DNA of 56,372 bases from positions 1 through 56,372 of the forward strand of contig JBBQNA010000003.1 in assembly GCA_038329515.1 (NCBI GenBank). The letters run 5' to 3'. Positions 39,038 to 49,009 of the stretch are shown piece after piece (within the stretch, counting starts at the first letter, position 1; every line of letters begins with the position of its first letter). Made by a program: the position numbers and the translations under genes. The notes under the pieces were generated by a model. It was not told the DNA's origin, did no database searches, and was given only the letters and a program-made list of their open reading frames with translations. This DNA is from Candidatus Limnocylindrales bacterium. Its GTDB lineage: Bacteria; Chloroflexota; Limnocylindria; Limnocylindrales; CSP1-4.

Positions 39038-40027
39038 TCAGGCCCCGAACAGGCCGCGCAGCCCTGTGTCGTCAAGGCCAGCCCCCAGGCCGAGTGCCAG
39101 GCCGATGCGCGCCTTGGGGCCGCTCAGCCAGCCTGCAGGGATCACGCCGGCCGCCATCCAGCGTGCACCACCGCCCGGGAAGCCATAGCTGGGCGACACC
39201 CTCCCGGACACGCAGCGGGTGGCGAGGACGACCGGGATACCGACTGCCATCGCCTCTGCCGCGGCCGCCAGCACGTCCGGATGGGTGTTGCCGCTGCCCG
39301 TGGCGGCGATGACCAGGCCCCGGGCGCCCATGCTGGTCGCAGCCCGGACGAGCCCGCCGTCCATGGCCACGGTCACCGTGATGAGGGGCACGGGCTCCGC
39401 TGCCACGGTGGGGATCGCTGGCAGCGACCGGTGCCCGGTTCGGCGCCGACCGACGATGACCTGGCCGCCAAGGATGTGTCCCAGCGGGCCGAGGTTCATG
39501 GCCTGGAACGTGTCGTATGCATCGGTGTGGATCTTGGTCACGTCATCGGCGGGCAGGATGGCGCCGCCCATGACGACGACTGTCCCCTGCCCGGTCATCC
39601 CTGGCGACGCGGCGACCCGCACGGCGTCGATGAGGTTGGCGGGTCCTTCGAAGCCCGGATGGCCGGCGGAGCGCATGGCGCCCACGATGACCACCGGCTT
39701 GTCCGAGTCGACCAGGAGGTCATATGCGAATGCCGTCTCCTCCATCACGTCCGTGCCCTGGACCACGACGACGCCGCTCACCTCCGCTCGAGACAGTGCC
39801 GCACGCGCCAGGGATGCGATCGCCAGCAACTGCGGGAAGCCGAGATGGGACGCCGGCACGAGACCCCAGTCCACCGCCTCCACGGTCGCGATGTCCCCCA
39901 GGCCGGGGGTCCGGGCGAGGATGGCCGCCCCGTCCAGGGCTGGCACGGCAGCGCCCGTCACCGGATCGGGCAGCATCGAGATGGTGCCGCCCGTGAAGAT
40001 CGTGACCACTGTTGGCCGGACGGTCAC
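39038..40027 (-). CDS. L-asparaginase/glutaminase family protein
   Basis: FTGGTISM, QGTDVMEETA, VGAMR, TKIHT, GSGN, KARI. GTG at 40027 overlaps the MFS stop. Confidence 0.92.
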   Translation of the reverse strand: MTVRPTVVTIFTGGTISMLPDPVTGAAVPALDGAAILARTPGLGDIATVEAVDWGLVPASHLGFPQLLAIASLARAALSRAEVSGVVVVQGTDVMEETAFAYDLLVDSDKPVVIVGAMRSAGHPGFEGPANLIDAVRVAASPGMTGQGTVVVMGGAILPADDVTKIHTDAYDTFQAMNLGPLGHILGGQVIVGRRRTGHRSLPAIPTVAAEPVPLITVTVAMDGGLVRAATSMGARGLVIAATGSGNTHPDVLAAAAEAMAVGIPVVLATRCVSGRVSPSYGFPGGGARWMAAGVIPAGWLSGPKARIGLALGLGAGLDDTGLRGLFGA

Positions 40028-41544
40028 TCGTCCTCGTCCGGCGGGGTACCACCGGGTCCGGAGGGCGCGCTGGCGGAGGAACCAGCAGGGCCGGCACGGC
40101 CAGGCACGACCGGCGATGCCATGTAGTCGATGGGTGAGGGCCGGTCGGACGACTCGACATAGCGCAGCTTGATGGCCCGGGTCAGGACCGAGGTCTGGGT
40201 CGCGACGGTCATCGGGTCGACTGGCTGGTACGTCTCCGCGGGCGCCGCGGATGCGTCCATGGCGGGCGACAGGAAGAACGAGGCGATGGCGGTCGCGCCC
40301 ACGAGCGCGGCGCACATGATGATCACGACCGTGGGGCCGACGACGTCGGAGATGGGCCCGGCGATGATGATGGGCACAAAGCTGGCGAGGCTCACGAGCG
40401 TGTTGAGGACGCCGAAGACGCGACCCCGGACGTCCTCCGGCAGCTCCTCCTGCAATGCAGTCTGGGCGGGCACAGCTACGAAGGCGTACGAGATGCCCGC
40501 CGTGAAGGCCACGAAGACGCTCACGTTGCGCAGCGAGAGCGCGCCATCGCTGGGCAGTCCCAGTCCCTGCGCCGCTCCCAGGATGAGCAGCGAGACACCC
40601 AGGGACACGAGCCCGATCTCGATGAGCCGCTTGCGGGCCACGTATTTGCCGAACACATTGAGGATGCCGATGCCGATCACGAGGCCGATACCCAGCGGCA
40701 GCACCAGCATCCAGAAGTCGGATGAGGTCAGCCCCAGGGCCTCGACCGCGAACGCGGGCCCCAGCACGCCGAGCACCCCGATGAGGGACGACGTGATGGT
40801 CAGGTATGCCAACGCCCAGAAGATGTTGTTGTGATCCTTGATATAGACCAGGCCGTCCTTGAGCTGGGACAGCGTGGCCCGGACAGCGAGACCCACCTGA
40901 CGCACCGCGTCGCTGGCGATATCGCGCAGCACGGATGGCGCCGGTGGCAGGGTCCAGCACAGCACGCCCGCCACAAGGTAGAGACCCGCCACGATGCCGA
41001 TGAGCGCATTCACCCCGGTGAGAGCCACGAACAGCGGTCCCAGCACCGCGAATCCCAGCGCGAATGAGGCCTGGAGTCCGAGCACGAACATGCCGTTCGC
41101 GGTCATCAGGTCGCTGCGCTTCACCACGAGCGGGATCATGGCGGTCTCCGCGGGCGCGAAGAACGTGGTCAGGGTGGCCACGATGGCCGTGATGATGTAC
41201 AGGGCGACGACGTTGGTATCGAAGAACACGAGCGCCACGAATAGCAGGCCACGGGCGACGTTGGTCCAGATGAGGATCTTGCGTCGGTCGTAGCGGTCGA
41301 CGAACACGCCTGCGATGGCCCCGAAGACCACGGCCGGGACGAGGAACGTGAGCAGCAGGAACGCTGTCGACGTGGTGGAGTTGGTGAGGTTGAAGACCTG
41401 GATGGTCAGGCCGTACAGCACCATGTTGCCGCCGACCTGGGTCAGGATCTGGGACAGGAACAGGGCCAGGAACTTCGGGTTCGCGAGCACGCCCCGCGCG
41501 CTGTGTGCATCCGTACCGGGGTCGTCCGGCACGCCCATGACCAT
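40024..41544 (-). CDS. MFS transporter
   Basis: About 12 TM segments, GVFVDRYDRRKIL (motif A), RGRVFG. Start uncertain (41544 or 41571). Confidence 0.92.
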   Translation of the reverse strand: MVMGVPDDPGTDAHSARGVLANPKFLALFLSQILTQVGGNMVLYGLTIQVFNLTNSTTSTAFLLLTFLVPAVVFGAIAGVFVDRYDRRKILIWTNVARGLLFVALVFFDTNVVALYIITAIVATLTTFFAPAETAMIPLVVKRSDLMTANGMFVLGLQASFALGFAVLGPLFVALTGVNALIGIVAGLYLVAGVLCWTLPPAPSVLRDIASDAVRQVGLAVRATLSQLKDGLVYIKDHNNIFWALAYLTITSSLIGVLGVLGPAFAVEALGLTSSDFWMLVLPLGIGLVIGIGILNVFGKYVARKRLIEIGLVSLGVSLLILGAAQGLGLPSDGALSLRNVSVFVAFTAGISYAFVAVPAQTALQEELPEDVRGRVFGVLNTLVSLASFVPIIIAGPISDVVGPTVVIIMCAALVGATAIASFFLSPAMDASAAPAETYQPVDPMTVATQTSVLTRAIKLRYVESSDRPSPIDYMASPVVPGRAGPAGSSASAPSGPGGTPPDEDE

Positions 41545-41572
41545 CTGGACGCCGGTTCCCTCAGGCGTCACG

Positions 41573-42853
41573 TCAGGGTGCCCGGCCAAGGCTGGAAGCG
41601 GGGGAAGCGTCAGGTGTCGGCGCGTGCCAGCCGGACGGCAGCGGGCCACTGGGTGCCGGCAGCGGTCCGTACGGCTGTGGCTCGCTGGCACCCTGGGCAG
41701 CCAGGAATGCTGCATCGAAGGCGGCGAAGTCGCCGCCCGTCGCGGCCGTGAACGCCTCATCGTCCGTCACGCCCCCGCGATACGAGGTGATGAGCTGCAC
41801 CAGCTTGTCCTTGCCGTAGCTGTCGATGAAGAAGTCGACCGCGGCGACGCTCTCGGCATAGGCGAGGCTGAAACGCTCGTATGTGGTCGGGAACAGTCCT
41901 CCGAGTCCCGTCAGGGGGATGAGGTTGCCGCCATTCGCGGCGTCCTTGACCTGTGCCCGGTCGCCCACGCCGTAGCCCTCCGAGAGGTACACGGCGAGAC
42001 CCTCGTTCAGCCAGCGGGGCGGGAAGTGGTACGCGTTGCTGACAGCATCCGAGAACACGATGTGGGTCAGCTCGTGGGTCACCAGGGTGTCGACCCAATC
42101 CGAGCCGACCTCGTCCGCGGAGATGTTGCCGACCATCGTCCGGATGGCTGGGTTGGCCTGGCCGCCGACGTTCTCCCGGGCGCCCGGTCCCAGCGCGCCC
42201 CGGAATGCCTCTTCCGTGGAGTAGATGAAGAAGTCGACGGGCTTGACCTCCGTGACACCGAGCAGCGACGCCGCCTGGTCGATGGCGCGCTGACCGATGT
42301 CCAGGGCACGGCGGGCGAACGCCTCGTCACCTTCGTACCAATGGAGGGTCACAGTGGGGCCGGACATCGTCTGCCACTGGAAGCGGTCGTCGTCGACGGT
42401 CACCGCGCCCGACGGTCCTACCGCGATCCCGGACGGTGTCGTGACCCGGAAGCGGAAATCGAGGGTCGTGTTCGCGGGCGTGAAGCCGTCCTGGGCCAAC
42501 TCCGCGACGTAGCTGCCGTCCGTCTGGAGCTGTGGCACGACGCTGCGCACCAGGTCCGTGGTGCCGTCCTTGAGCCGCGTCAGCAACTCCACTCGGTCGG
42601 GTGTCTCGTCTGACCGGAAGGTGGTGCTGAAGGTGATCGGCGTGGTCAGGGTGCCGCTGCCGGTCGGCGTCCCGAACGTGACACCGATGCTCGCCAACGC
42701 CCCGGGCGATGTCGCCGCTGGCGATGGGGCCTGGGCGCGCGTCTGGGTGCCCGCGAGGACCATGCCCAGGATCAAGGTCACGACCACGAGCGCCATGATC
42801 ACCCGCACGGCGGCGTCGCTGTTCCGGGACTTGCGGTTCCGGCTCGGTCTCAT
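41573..42853 (-). CDS. Exported zinc metallopeptidase (peptidase MA-like)
   Basis: N-terminal TM/signal; HELTH followed by PRWLNEGLA (HEXXH...E); AYAES. ATG at 42853 overlaps the upstream stop. Confidence 0.88.
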   Translation of the reverse strand: MRPSRNRKSRNSDAAVRVIMALVVVTLILGMVLAGTQTRAQAPSPAATSPGALASIGVTFGTPTGSGTLTTPITFSTTFRSDETPDRVELLTRLKDGTTDLVRSVVPQLQTDGSYVAELAQDGFTPANTTLDFRFRVTTPSGIAVGPSGAVTVDDDRFQWQTMSGPTVTLHWYEGDEAFARRALDIGQRAIDQAASLLGVTEVKPVDFFIYSTEEAFRGALGPGARENVGGQANPAIRTMVGNISADEVGSDWVDTLVTHELTHIVFSDAVSNAYHFPPRWLNEGLAVYLSEGYGVGDRAQVKDAANGGNLIPLTGLGGLFPTTYERFSLAYAESVAAVDFFIDSYGKDKLVQLITSYRGGVTDDEAFTAATGGDFAAFDAAFLAAQGASEPQPYGPLPAPSGPLPSGWHAPTPDASPASSLGRAP

Positions 42854-44598
42854 CGGTCGGCCCAGTCCAGGCCGGCGTAGCGCACGATGCCGATGCCCGA
42901 CTGCGCTGCTCCCAGGAGTCCATCGCGGCTGAGGGCCCATGTCTCGCCGTAGCGCAACGGCATGACGGGCACCTGGTCCTGGACGATCCGCTGGGCGTCC
43001 GCGTAGTGCGCCTCCTGCTCGGCGGCATCACCCGTGGCTGCTGCTGCGTCGAGGGCATCGTCAAACGCGGTATCGCTCCAGCCCCCCGCGTTGCTGGGGC
43101 TGCCGGTCTCCAGCAACAGGCCCAGGAAGTCGTTGGGATGCGGGTAGTCGGCACTCCACGCGACGCTCCACATCCGGGGCGTATCGCTGTCGAGCCGCGC
43201 GGAGTACTCGGCGAAGGGCATCTGCTCCGCGGTGAGTGTGATACCCAGCTCCCGCTCGATGCCGTCCAGGATCGCGTCCTGATATGTCGAGCCGCTGGTC
43301 ACCAGCGTGACCTTCGGGAAGCCGGCCCCGCCGGGATACCCAGCGGCCGCCATCGCGGCACGGGCCGCGTCTGGATCGAACACCGGGCTGAAGTCCCCGT
43401 CGCCCCGGCCGGCGATACCCGGCGGCACCATCGACGTGGCGGGCACTGCCGTCGCGTCGGAGAGCCGGACGATCGAATCCCAGTCGACGGCCCAGGCGAA
43501 CGCCTGGCGCACTCGCGGGTCATCGAAGGGCGGACGGGTGGCATCGAAGCCGTAGTACTCCACGGACAGGTCATCGGACCGTCTCAGTTGCGGGCCCAGG
43601 GTGCGGTCGTAGCGGATCCAGGACGCGTCATCGGAGCTGATGTTGACGTAGTCCACGTCGCCTGCCTGGAAGGCATCCACGGAACCGTCGTCCAGGGAGG
43701 TCACCTGCCGGATGCGCTCGATGGCGGGCGTGCCGGCCCAGTAGCGCGGGTTGGCCGTGAGCAGGAACCCATCCTCGTCCTGGTCGGACGGGATGTAGGC
43801 CCCCGACACCACGAGATCGTCCGGCAACACCGGTCCGGACGCAGCGGCGGGCAGGGACGAGGGCACGACGGCCAAGGTCGGCGCTGCCGCGGCGGCCGGG
43901 AACCAGGAGGCGGGTCGCACGAAGTCCACGACCACCCTGTCCTCGTCGGCGCGGAGGCCGACATCGGACGCGGATGCTGTGCCCGCCATGTACTCCGCAG
44001 CACCGATGATGTCCGTGAGCAGACCCGATAGCGGACCCGGCGTGACAGGGTCGATGATGCGCAGCCAGCTGGCCACGACATCCGGGGATGTGATGGGTGT
44101 GCCGTCGCTGAAGGTGATGCCGGGTCGCAGGGTGAACGTCAGGCGATGACCGCCTTCGGACACCTCCCAGCTCTCGGCCAGGGCCGGCTGGACCTGGGCC
44201 GCGGGGTCGAAGGTGGTGAGGCCTTCCCACACCTGCGCCAGCACGGACGCGGACTGGGCATCCCCGGCCAGGGCCGGATCCCAGGCGACCGTGGAAGCGC
44301 CTGCGATGACGAGGTCGGCGCCTTCCGGACGCGCCGCGGGCACGATCGCAGACGGCTGTGGCGTGACGGACAGCATCGCGAGCAGGGCCACGCCGATCAT
44401 CAGCGCCACCAGCACGATGGGTCCCACGACACCCACGACCGAGCGTGGCCGACCGCCCGCCGGCGGTGTCGTCAGTGCTGACGACTCGCCATCGATGTCG
44501 ATGGGATCCGGATCCTCCTGCATGCGGTCCAGTCTATTGCCCATCGGCACTTCCGCGCGTCGCGCCCGTCGTTGATGAGTTGATCCGTCGGTGCTCAC
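42850..44598 (-). CDS. Peptide ABC transporter substrate-binding protein (OppA/DppA family), membrane-anchored
   Basis: EGLT..., PALAESWEVS, TFTLRPGITFSDGTPITSPDV, PFDDPRVRQAF, WSADYPHP. Start uncertain (44598 or 44544). Confidence 0.9.
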   Translation of the reverse strand: MSTDGSTHQRRARRAEVPMGNRLDRMQEDPDPIDIDGESSALTTPPAGGRPRSVVGVVGPIVLVALMIGVALLAMLSVTPQPSAIVPAARPEGADLVIAGASTVAWDPALAGDAQSASVLAQVWEGLTTFDPAAQVQPALAESWEVSEGGHRLTFTLRPGITFSDGTPITSPDVVASWLRIIDPVTPGPLSGLLTDIIGAAEYMAGTASASDVGLRADEDRVVVDFVRPASWFPAAAAAPTLAVVPSSLPAAASGPVLPDDLVVSGAYIPSDQDEDGFLLTANPRYWAGTPAIERIRQVTSLDDGSVDAFQAGDVDYVNISSDDASWIRYDRTLGPQLRRSDDLSVEYYGFDATRPPFDDPRVRQAFAWAVDWDSIVRLSDATAVPATSMVPPGIAGRGDGDFSPVFDPDAARAAMAAAGYPGGAGFPKVTLVTSGSTYQDAILDGIERELGITLTAEQMPFAEYSARLDSDTPRMWSVAWSADYPHPNDFLGLLLETGSPSNAGGWSDTAFDDALDAAAATGDAAEQEAHYADAQRIVQDQVPVMPLRYGETWALSRDGLLGAAQSGIGIVRYAGLDWADR

Positions 44599-44736
44599 TG
44601 GCGTGATATCGGCCGGCTGTGGGGATCCTCATCCGGGCCACAGCAGCGCGAAAGGCGTGACGCCGAACCTTCGGACATCGGCGACGCGATGCGGTAGGGA
44701 TGCCGCATCGCCCGCCGAGCCACAGGAGAAGCCCCA

Positions 44737-45036
44737 ATGGCCTTCGTCATCGCCGAGCCATGCATCGACAATATGGATCAGTCGTGCATCGCGGCCTGCC
44801 CCGTTGACTGCATCACGGGCGATCTGAGCCTGGACCGGAAGCTGTACATCGACCCGGACGAATGCATCGGGTGCGGCGCCTGTGCCACGGCATGTCCCAA
44901 CGGCGCCATCTATGAGGCGGGCGACCTGCCACCGGCATGGATCGACTACGCCTGGGTCGACGCGGCCTGGTATCGCGACCCGGAGGTGGCGCGGGCGACG
45001 GTGGAGGAGCTGCTCGGCGCAGCGGTGGCCTCGTGA
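44737..45036 (+). CDS. Ferredoxin (7Fe/8Fe FdxA-type)
   Basis: MAFVIAEPCID..DQSCIAACPVDCI...LYIDPDECIGCGACATACP; AGGAG SD. Confidence 0.93.
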   Translation: MAFVIAEPCIDNMDQSCIAACPVDCITGDLSLDRKLYIDPDECIGCGACATACPNGAIYEAGDLPPAWIDYAWVDAAWYRDPEVARATVEELLGAAVAS

Positions 45037-45861
45037 CCGCGCCGGTCATCGACAGGGAGCATCGAGCGCTCCCGCCACGCCCGCGGCTCGCGGCCATGCC
45101 GGACCTGGCGCCTCGTCCGGCACGGACGCGAGAACCGAACGCCACGCTCATGGAGCGACTGGATGTCACCGCCGACCTGGCCCGGTTCCGGCTGCGACCG
45201 GACGGCGGCATGCCGGCGTTCGTGCCGGGACAATACGTCTCACTCGGCCTCCAGACGGACGCCGGGCACCTGCTTCGACCGTACTCGATCGCGTCGGCGC
45301 CCCATGAGCGCGAGGTGCTCGAGTCGTACATCCGGCGCATGGAGGCCGGCGCCTTCACCGCCCGCCTGTGGGCGCTGCAGCCGGGCGAGCGCCTCTGGGT
45401 CGGTCCACCGCGGGGTTTGTTCACGCTTCGACCCCGCCATGAGGGACCCCACCTGCTCATCGCCACCGGGACCGGGCTGGCGCCGATGATGGCGATGCTC
45501 GCGGACCTGGGCGCTCGTCCGAGCCGACCGCGTGTGATCCTCATCCATGGCGTGTCTCAGTCGTGAGCTCGGGTACCGGGACGTGCTGGAGCGCTGGTCG
45601 AGGGAGTGGTCGCTCGACTACCGACCCACGGTCTCCCGGCCGACGACCGCCACGGCTGCGGGCTGGGACGATGCGGTGGGCCGAGTCGACCGGGTCCTGA
45701 CTGGCCTGCTCGCGGCCGGCGACCTGGACGTCGATCGATCGGTCGCCTACCTGTGCGGCAACGACGGCATGATCACGACCGTGCGTCAGCTGCTCATCGG
45801 GCAGGGCCTGTCCGACATCGCCATCCACAGCGAGCGGTTCGCACCAGCTGCGGCTGCCTGA
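45033..45861 (+). pseudogene. Ferredoxin--NADP+ reductase-like oxidoreductase split by a frameshift near 45560 (pseudogene or sequencing error)
   Basis: First frame: FVPGQYVSLG, RPYSIAS, IATGTGLAP, IHGVSQS-stop (45566). The +1 frame continues ELGYR...YRPTVSRP...GRV...YLCGNDGMI...HSERF. Confidence 0.85.
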
Positions 45862-46074
45862 CACGTCAGGATGCCCCGGACTCCGGCGTTGACCAGGCTG
45901 CCAGCTCCTGGTCGACCTCGGTCACTGAGCAACGACACTTCCACGCATCGCGCCCATGGCCGGTGCTACGCTCACGACTACCGCGGGACACCGTCCCCGG
46001 GCGGTACAGGTGCTCACCGAACGGGCCGCTCGAGGGGATACGAGTGGTCCACCGTCGCCGTCAGGAGGCTGCGC

Positions 46075-46728
46075 ATGACTGAGGAGGCCGTTCCTTCGGC
46101 GAGTACCGCGGAGACCCCGGCGACCGCGCCGGTCGAGTCTCATGCGGTCCTGCGACTGGTCGGCGGCGCAGGCCGCGTGGAGCTGCGCGCCGATGCTGCC
46201 GTCGAGGAGTTGTACCGGGCGAGCTATGAGCCTTCCTCGCCGGATGTGACCCTCGAGACCGACCGGGTCACCGTGCGCTACGCCCTGCACCGCTTGCTGG
46301 GTCGGCTCTCGACATCCAGCGACACGACCAGCCGATTCGCGCTCTCGACGCGCCAGCCATGGGACATCGCGGCCCCGGATGGCCTCACGACCCTCGACGC
46401 CGACCTGTCCGCCGGGCGGATCCTGGGTCTGCGGGTGGGGCATGGCGCGCGGACGGTCAAGATCCGCCTCGGGCGACCTGTCGGCACCGTGCCGGTGGTC
46501 ATCGGCGGCGGCTCGACGGAGATCATCATCTTCCGGCCCGCGGGCATCATGGTCCGCGTTTCGACGCAGGGCGACGTGGCGAGGGTGGTCGTCGACGGTG
46601 GCCGACCCATCGGTCCGCTTTCCGGCTCCACGAGCGTCGAGCCGCCCGGTTTCGCGCTCTCCGATGACCGCTATGACGTCAGCATCACCGGCGGGTGTGT
46701 CAACCTGCTGGTCGCGACCGACCCCTGA
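46075..46728 (+). CDS. Hypothetical protein (beta-rich; possibly DUF4097/LiaG-like)
   Basis: ATG at 46075 after AGGAGG; repetitive Gly/Val-rich beta-strand pattern; the family guess is weak. Confidence 0.65.
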   Translation: MTEEAVPSASTAETPATAPVESHAVLRLVGGAGRVELRADAAVEELYRASYEPSSPDVTLETDRVTVRYALHRLLGRLSTSSDTTSRFALSTRQPWDIAAPDGLTTLDADLSAGRILGLRVGHGARTVKIRLGRPVGTVPVVIGGGSTEIIIFRPAGIMVRVSTQGDVARVVVDGGRPIGPLSGSTSVEPPGFALSDDRYDVSITGGCVNLLVATDP

Positions 46729-46758
46729 GGCGCTGCCTGGGGGCATGAGGGCGTGCGT

Positions 46759-47478
46759 TCAGCGCTCGCCCGGGTCACCACCCAGGAACGATGCCGCGCG
46801 CGTGGGCGAAGCGACCTGCTCGGGAGTCGTGAGCTGGCGCCGGTCGTGGCTCGAGTTGTGTGCGAATCCGGCCACCAGCTCCCGCAGCGTGCCGATGCGC
46901 GTCAGCTGCTGCTCCTCCACTACCGACCATCCAGGGGATCGCCCGGGCGCGGCCATGAGCGTCACGAGGTGCTGCAGACACAGCTCCGCGGCCCCGATGG
47001 CCTCGGCCCATCGAGCATCGGCGGCCAACCGGACGAGACTGCCGGCTGACACCTCATCGATGTGGGCGGACTCGGTGCACACGAGGCATGCGGGCGGTCG
47101 CGCCGCATCCTGCACACGCCTGCCCCGCGAGATGCCGCCCGCCGAGTGCGCGGTCCGCAGCTCCCGCTCCCGGATGCGCAGGATGGCGCCCAGCAGGATG
47201 GCACTGCCGAGCATGCCGCCGGACAGCCGCCGATCGGCGTCGAACAGAGCGTGGGTGTGCAGGGCACAGCAGCCACGCGCGGCGTCCAGGTCGCGCCGGA
47301 ATGTCACGTCATTGACGCTCTCGTACAGGAAGCCCTCGATGAAGCGGCGGACGGCGCGGGCACGGTGGTGACACAGCGGGCAGCCGGCCGCGCGCATCGA
47401 CTCCGCGAGCTGGACGGCGTTCAGGTCGCGCGCGGGCAGCGTGGACATCGAGCGGCGGTGGTCAGGGCCTTCTGTCAT
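46759..47478 (-). CDS. DUF6062-like protein with duplicated Cys/His metal-binding motifs
   Basis: GCPLC...YESVND..FR..L..ARGCCALH, then CLVC...LCLQH. Confidence 0.75.
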   Translation of the reverse strand: MTEGPDHRRSMSTLPARDLNAVQLAESMRAAGCPLCHHRARAVRRFIEGFLYESVNDVTFRRDLDAARGCCALHTHALFDADRRLSGGMLGSAILLGAILRIRERELRTAHSAGGISRGRRVQDAARPPACLVCTESAHIDEVSAGSLVRLAADARWAEAIGAAELCLQHLVTLMAAPGRSPGWSVVEEQQLTRIGTLRELVAGFAHNSSHDRRQLTTPEQVASPTRAASFLGGDPGER

Positions 47479-47610
47479 CGTGCACCATGATGACGGCTAC
47501 CAGCCGGGGTCCTGGGGGAGTGCCATGACGCGGGGATGGGGATACACCGAGACAGCCGCGCCGGGAGATCGCATCGTCACTACGCTCAGTCGCCGATCCG
47601 GCTCGAACGG

Positions 47611-48354
47611 ATGACCACGCGCGTGGCAGCGGTCCACAACAACGCGCTATGGTGCGACGCCGTCTGCCGGGCCTTCGGCTGCACCACGAGCCGGGTCGCC
47701 GGTCTGTGGGTCAACCACGACCCAGCGCCTCCGTACTACTCCAATGCGGTGACCATCGACCCTGCGGCACTGGATGACCAGCGATCGATGGTGTTGTCCA
47801 TGCTCGCGGGCCCCCTCCCTCGGCCGTGGACCATCAAGGACGCGTTCCACACCCTGGATCTCATGCCCATAGGCTTCCACATCCTGTTCGCCGCGGAGTG
47901 GATCGGGCTCACTGGTGCAACGGCGGCCGCATCCCCCGATACCGAGGCACGTTGGGCAGCCGTCTCGACGGACACCGGGCTGGTGGAGTGGGAGGCTGCC
48001 TGGCGAGGTGACAACGCCGATGCCGACGCCGCCGGGAGCCCGAGGCTGTTCCGGCCACGCCTGCTCGATGATCCGGACATCCGATTCCTTGCCGGGCGAC
48101 GCGACGGGGACATCGCGGCGGTCGCCATCGCGAACCGGTCGGATGACGGCAGCGGGCCGGTGGTCGGCATCTCCAACATCGTGCTCTCGGGCTCAGTGCC
48201 GGAGCGCGACCGCCGGGGTGCGGTCATCGCGGTCCAGGCCGCGTATCCCGGGCTGCCGGTGGTGGGCTACGAACGCGGTGCCGATCTGGCCGCGATGCGT
48301 GCCCTGGGCTTCCGGTCGCTGGGACCGCTGCGGGTCTGGATCACGGACGACTGA
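47611..48354 (+). CDS. Conserved hypothetical protein (possibly a degenerate GNAT-like fold)
   Basis: NNALWCDAVCR, PPYYSNAVT, IKDAF..LDL..GF..LF, VGISN, VVGYE, GF..LGPLRVW; the composition looks globular. Confidence 0.7.
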   Translation: MTTRVAAVHNNALWCDAVCRAFGCTTSRVAGLWVNHDPAPPYYSNAVTIDPAALDDQRSMVLSMLAGPLPRPWTIKDAFHTLDLMPIGFHILFAAEWIGLTGATAAASPDTEARWAAVSTDTGLVEWEAAWRGDNADADAAGSPRLFRPRLLDDPDIRFLAGRRDGDIAAVAIANRSDDGSGPVVGISNIVLSGSVPERDRRGAVIAVQAAYPGLPVVGYERGADLAAMRALGFRSLGPLRVWITDD

Positions 48355-48916
48355 CCGGCTCGCTGTTCCAGCGCACCACGACGGGTGTCCCGCGATCGTA
48401 GCCCAGCAGGGAGACGGTGGCGGTATCCAGTGCGAACGACCGGCCGAGGGTGATGGGTTGGCCCATCCAACGCGCGGCGAGTGCCCGTAGTGCATGGCCA
48501 TGAGAGAAGCACAGGACACGACCGCCGGTATCTCGCACACGGCCGATGACCCGATCCAGCCGCAGCGTGACCTCGGCCGGTGACTCGCCACCGAGGCCGC
48601 CATGGGTCCAGACCGTCCAGTCCGGCACCGACTGGTGGATCTGGGGTGTCGTCAGGCCCTCGTACGCGCCATAGTCCCACTCCGCCAGGTCCGGCTCCAC
48701 GATCGCGTCCGGGAATCCGGCCAGCGTCGCGGTCCGCCGGGCGCGCAGCCGGGGACTGGTGAGCACGAGGTCGAACTGCTGCGCCGCCAGGCGCGCGGCG
48801 AGGGTCATGGCCGCGACCTCACCACGTGGCAGCAGCGGCAGGTCGGTCGTGGAGGTGTGGCGCCCGTCACGGGACCATTCGGTCTCACCGTGTCGCACGG
48901 CCCAAAGTTCGGTCAT
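48341..48916 (-). CDS. Histidine phosphatase (phosphoglycerate mutase) family protein
   Basis: [35 protein letters not shown]. Confidence 0.93.
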   Translation of the reverse strand: MTELWAVRHGETEWSRDGRHTSTTDLPLLPRGEVAAMTLAARLAAQQFDLVLTSPRLRARRTATLAGFPDAIVEPDLAEWDYGAYEGLTTPQIHQSVPDWTVWTHGGLGGESPAEVTLRLDRVIGRVRDTGGRVLCFSHGHALRALAARWMGQPITLGRSFALDTATVSLLGYDRGTPVVVRWNSEPVSRP

Positions 48917-49009
48917 CGGCCGGCCGTGGTGGCGCAGGGTGGATCCATCGTGCACAGGGTACCCGGGCCTGTGCCGGGGACTGCGGCAGGGTGTGATAGC
49001 GTCGGGAAC

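Noticed and set aside
48341-48916. Histidine phosphatase as the missing histidinol-phosphate phosphatase
   Set aside because: The family name refers to its catalytic His; it is ~38 kb from the his operon and nothing in the sequence links it to the pathway.
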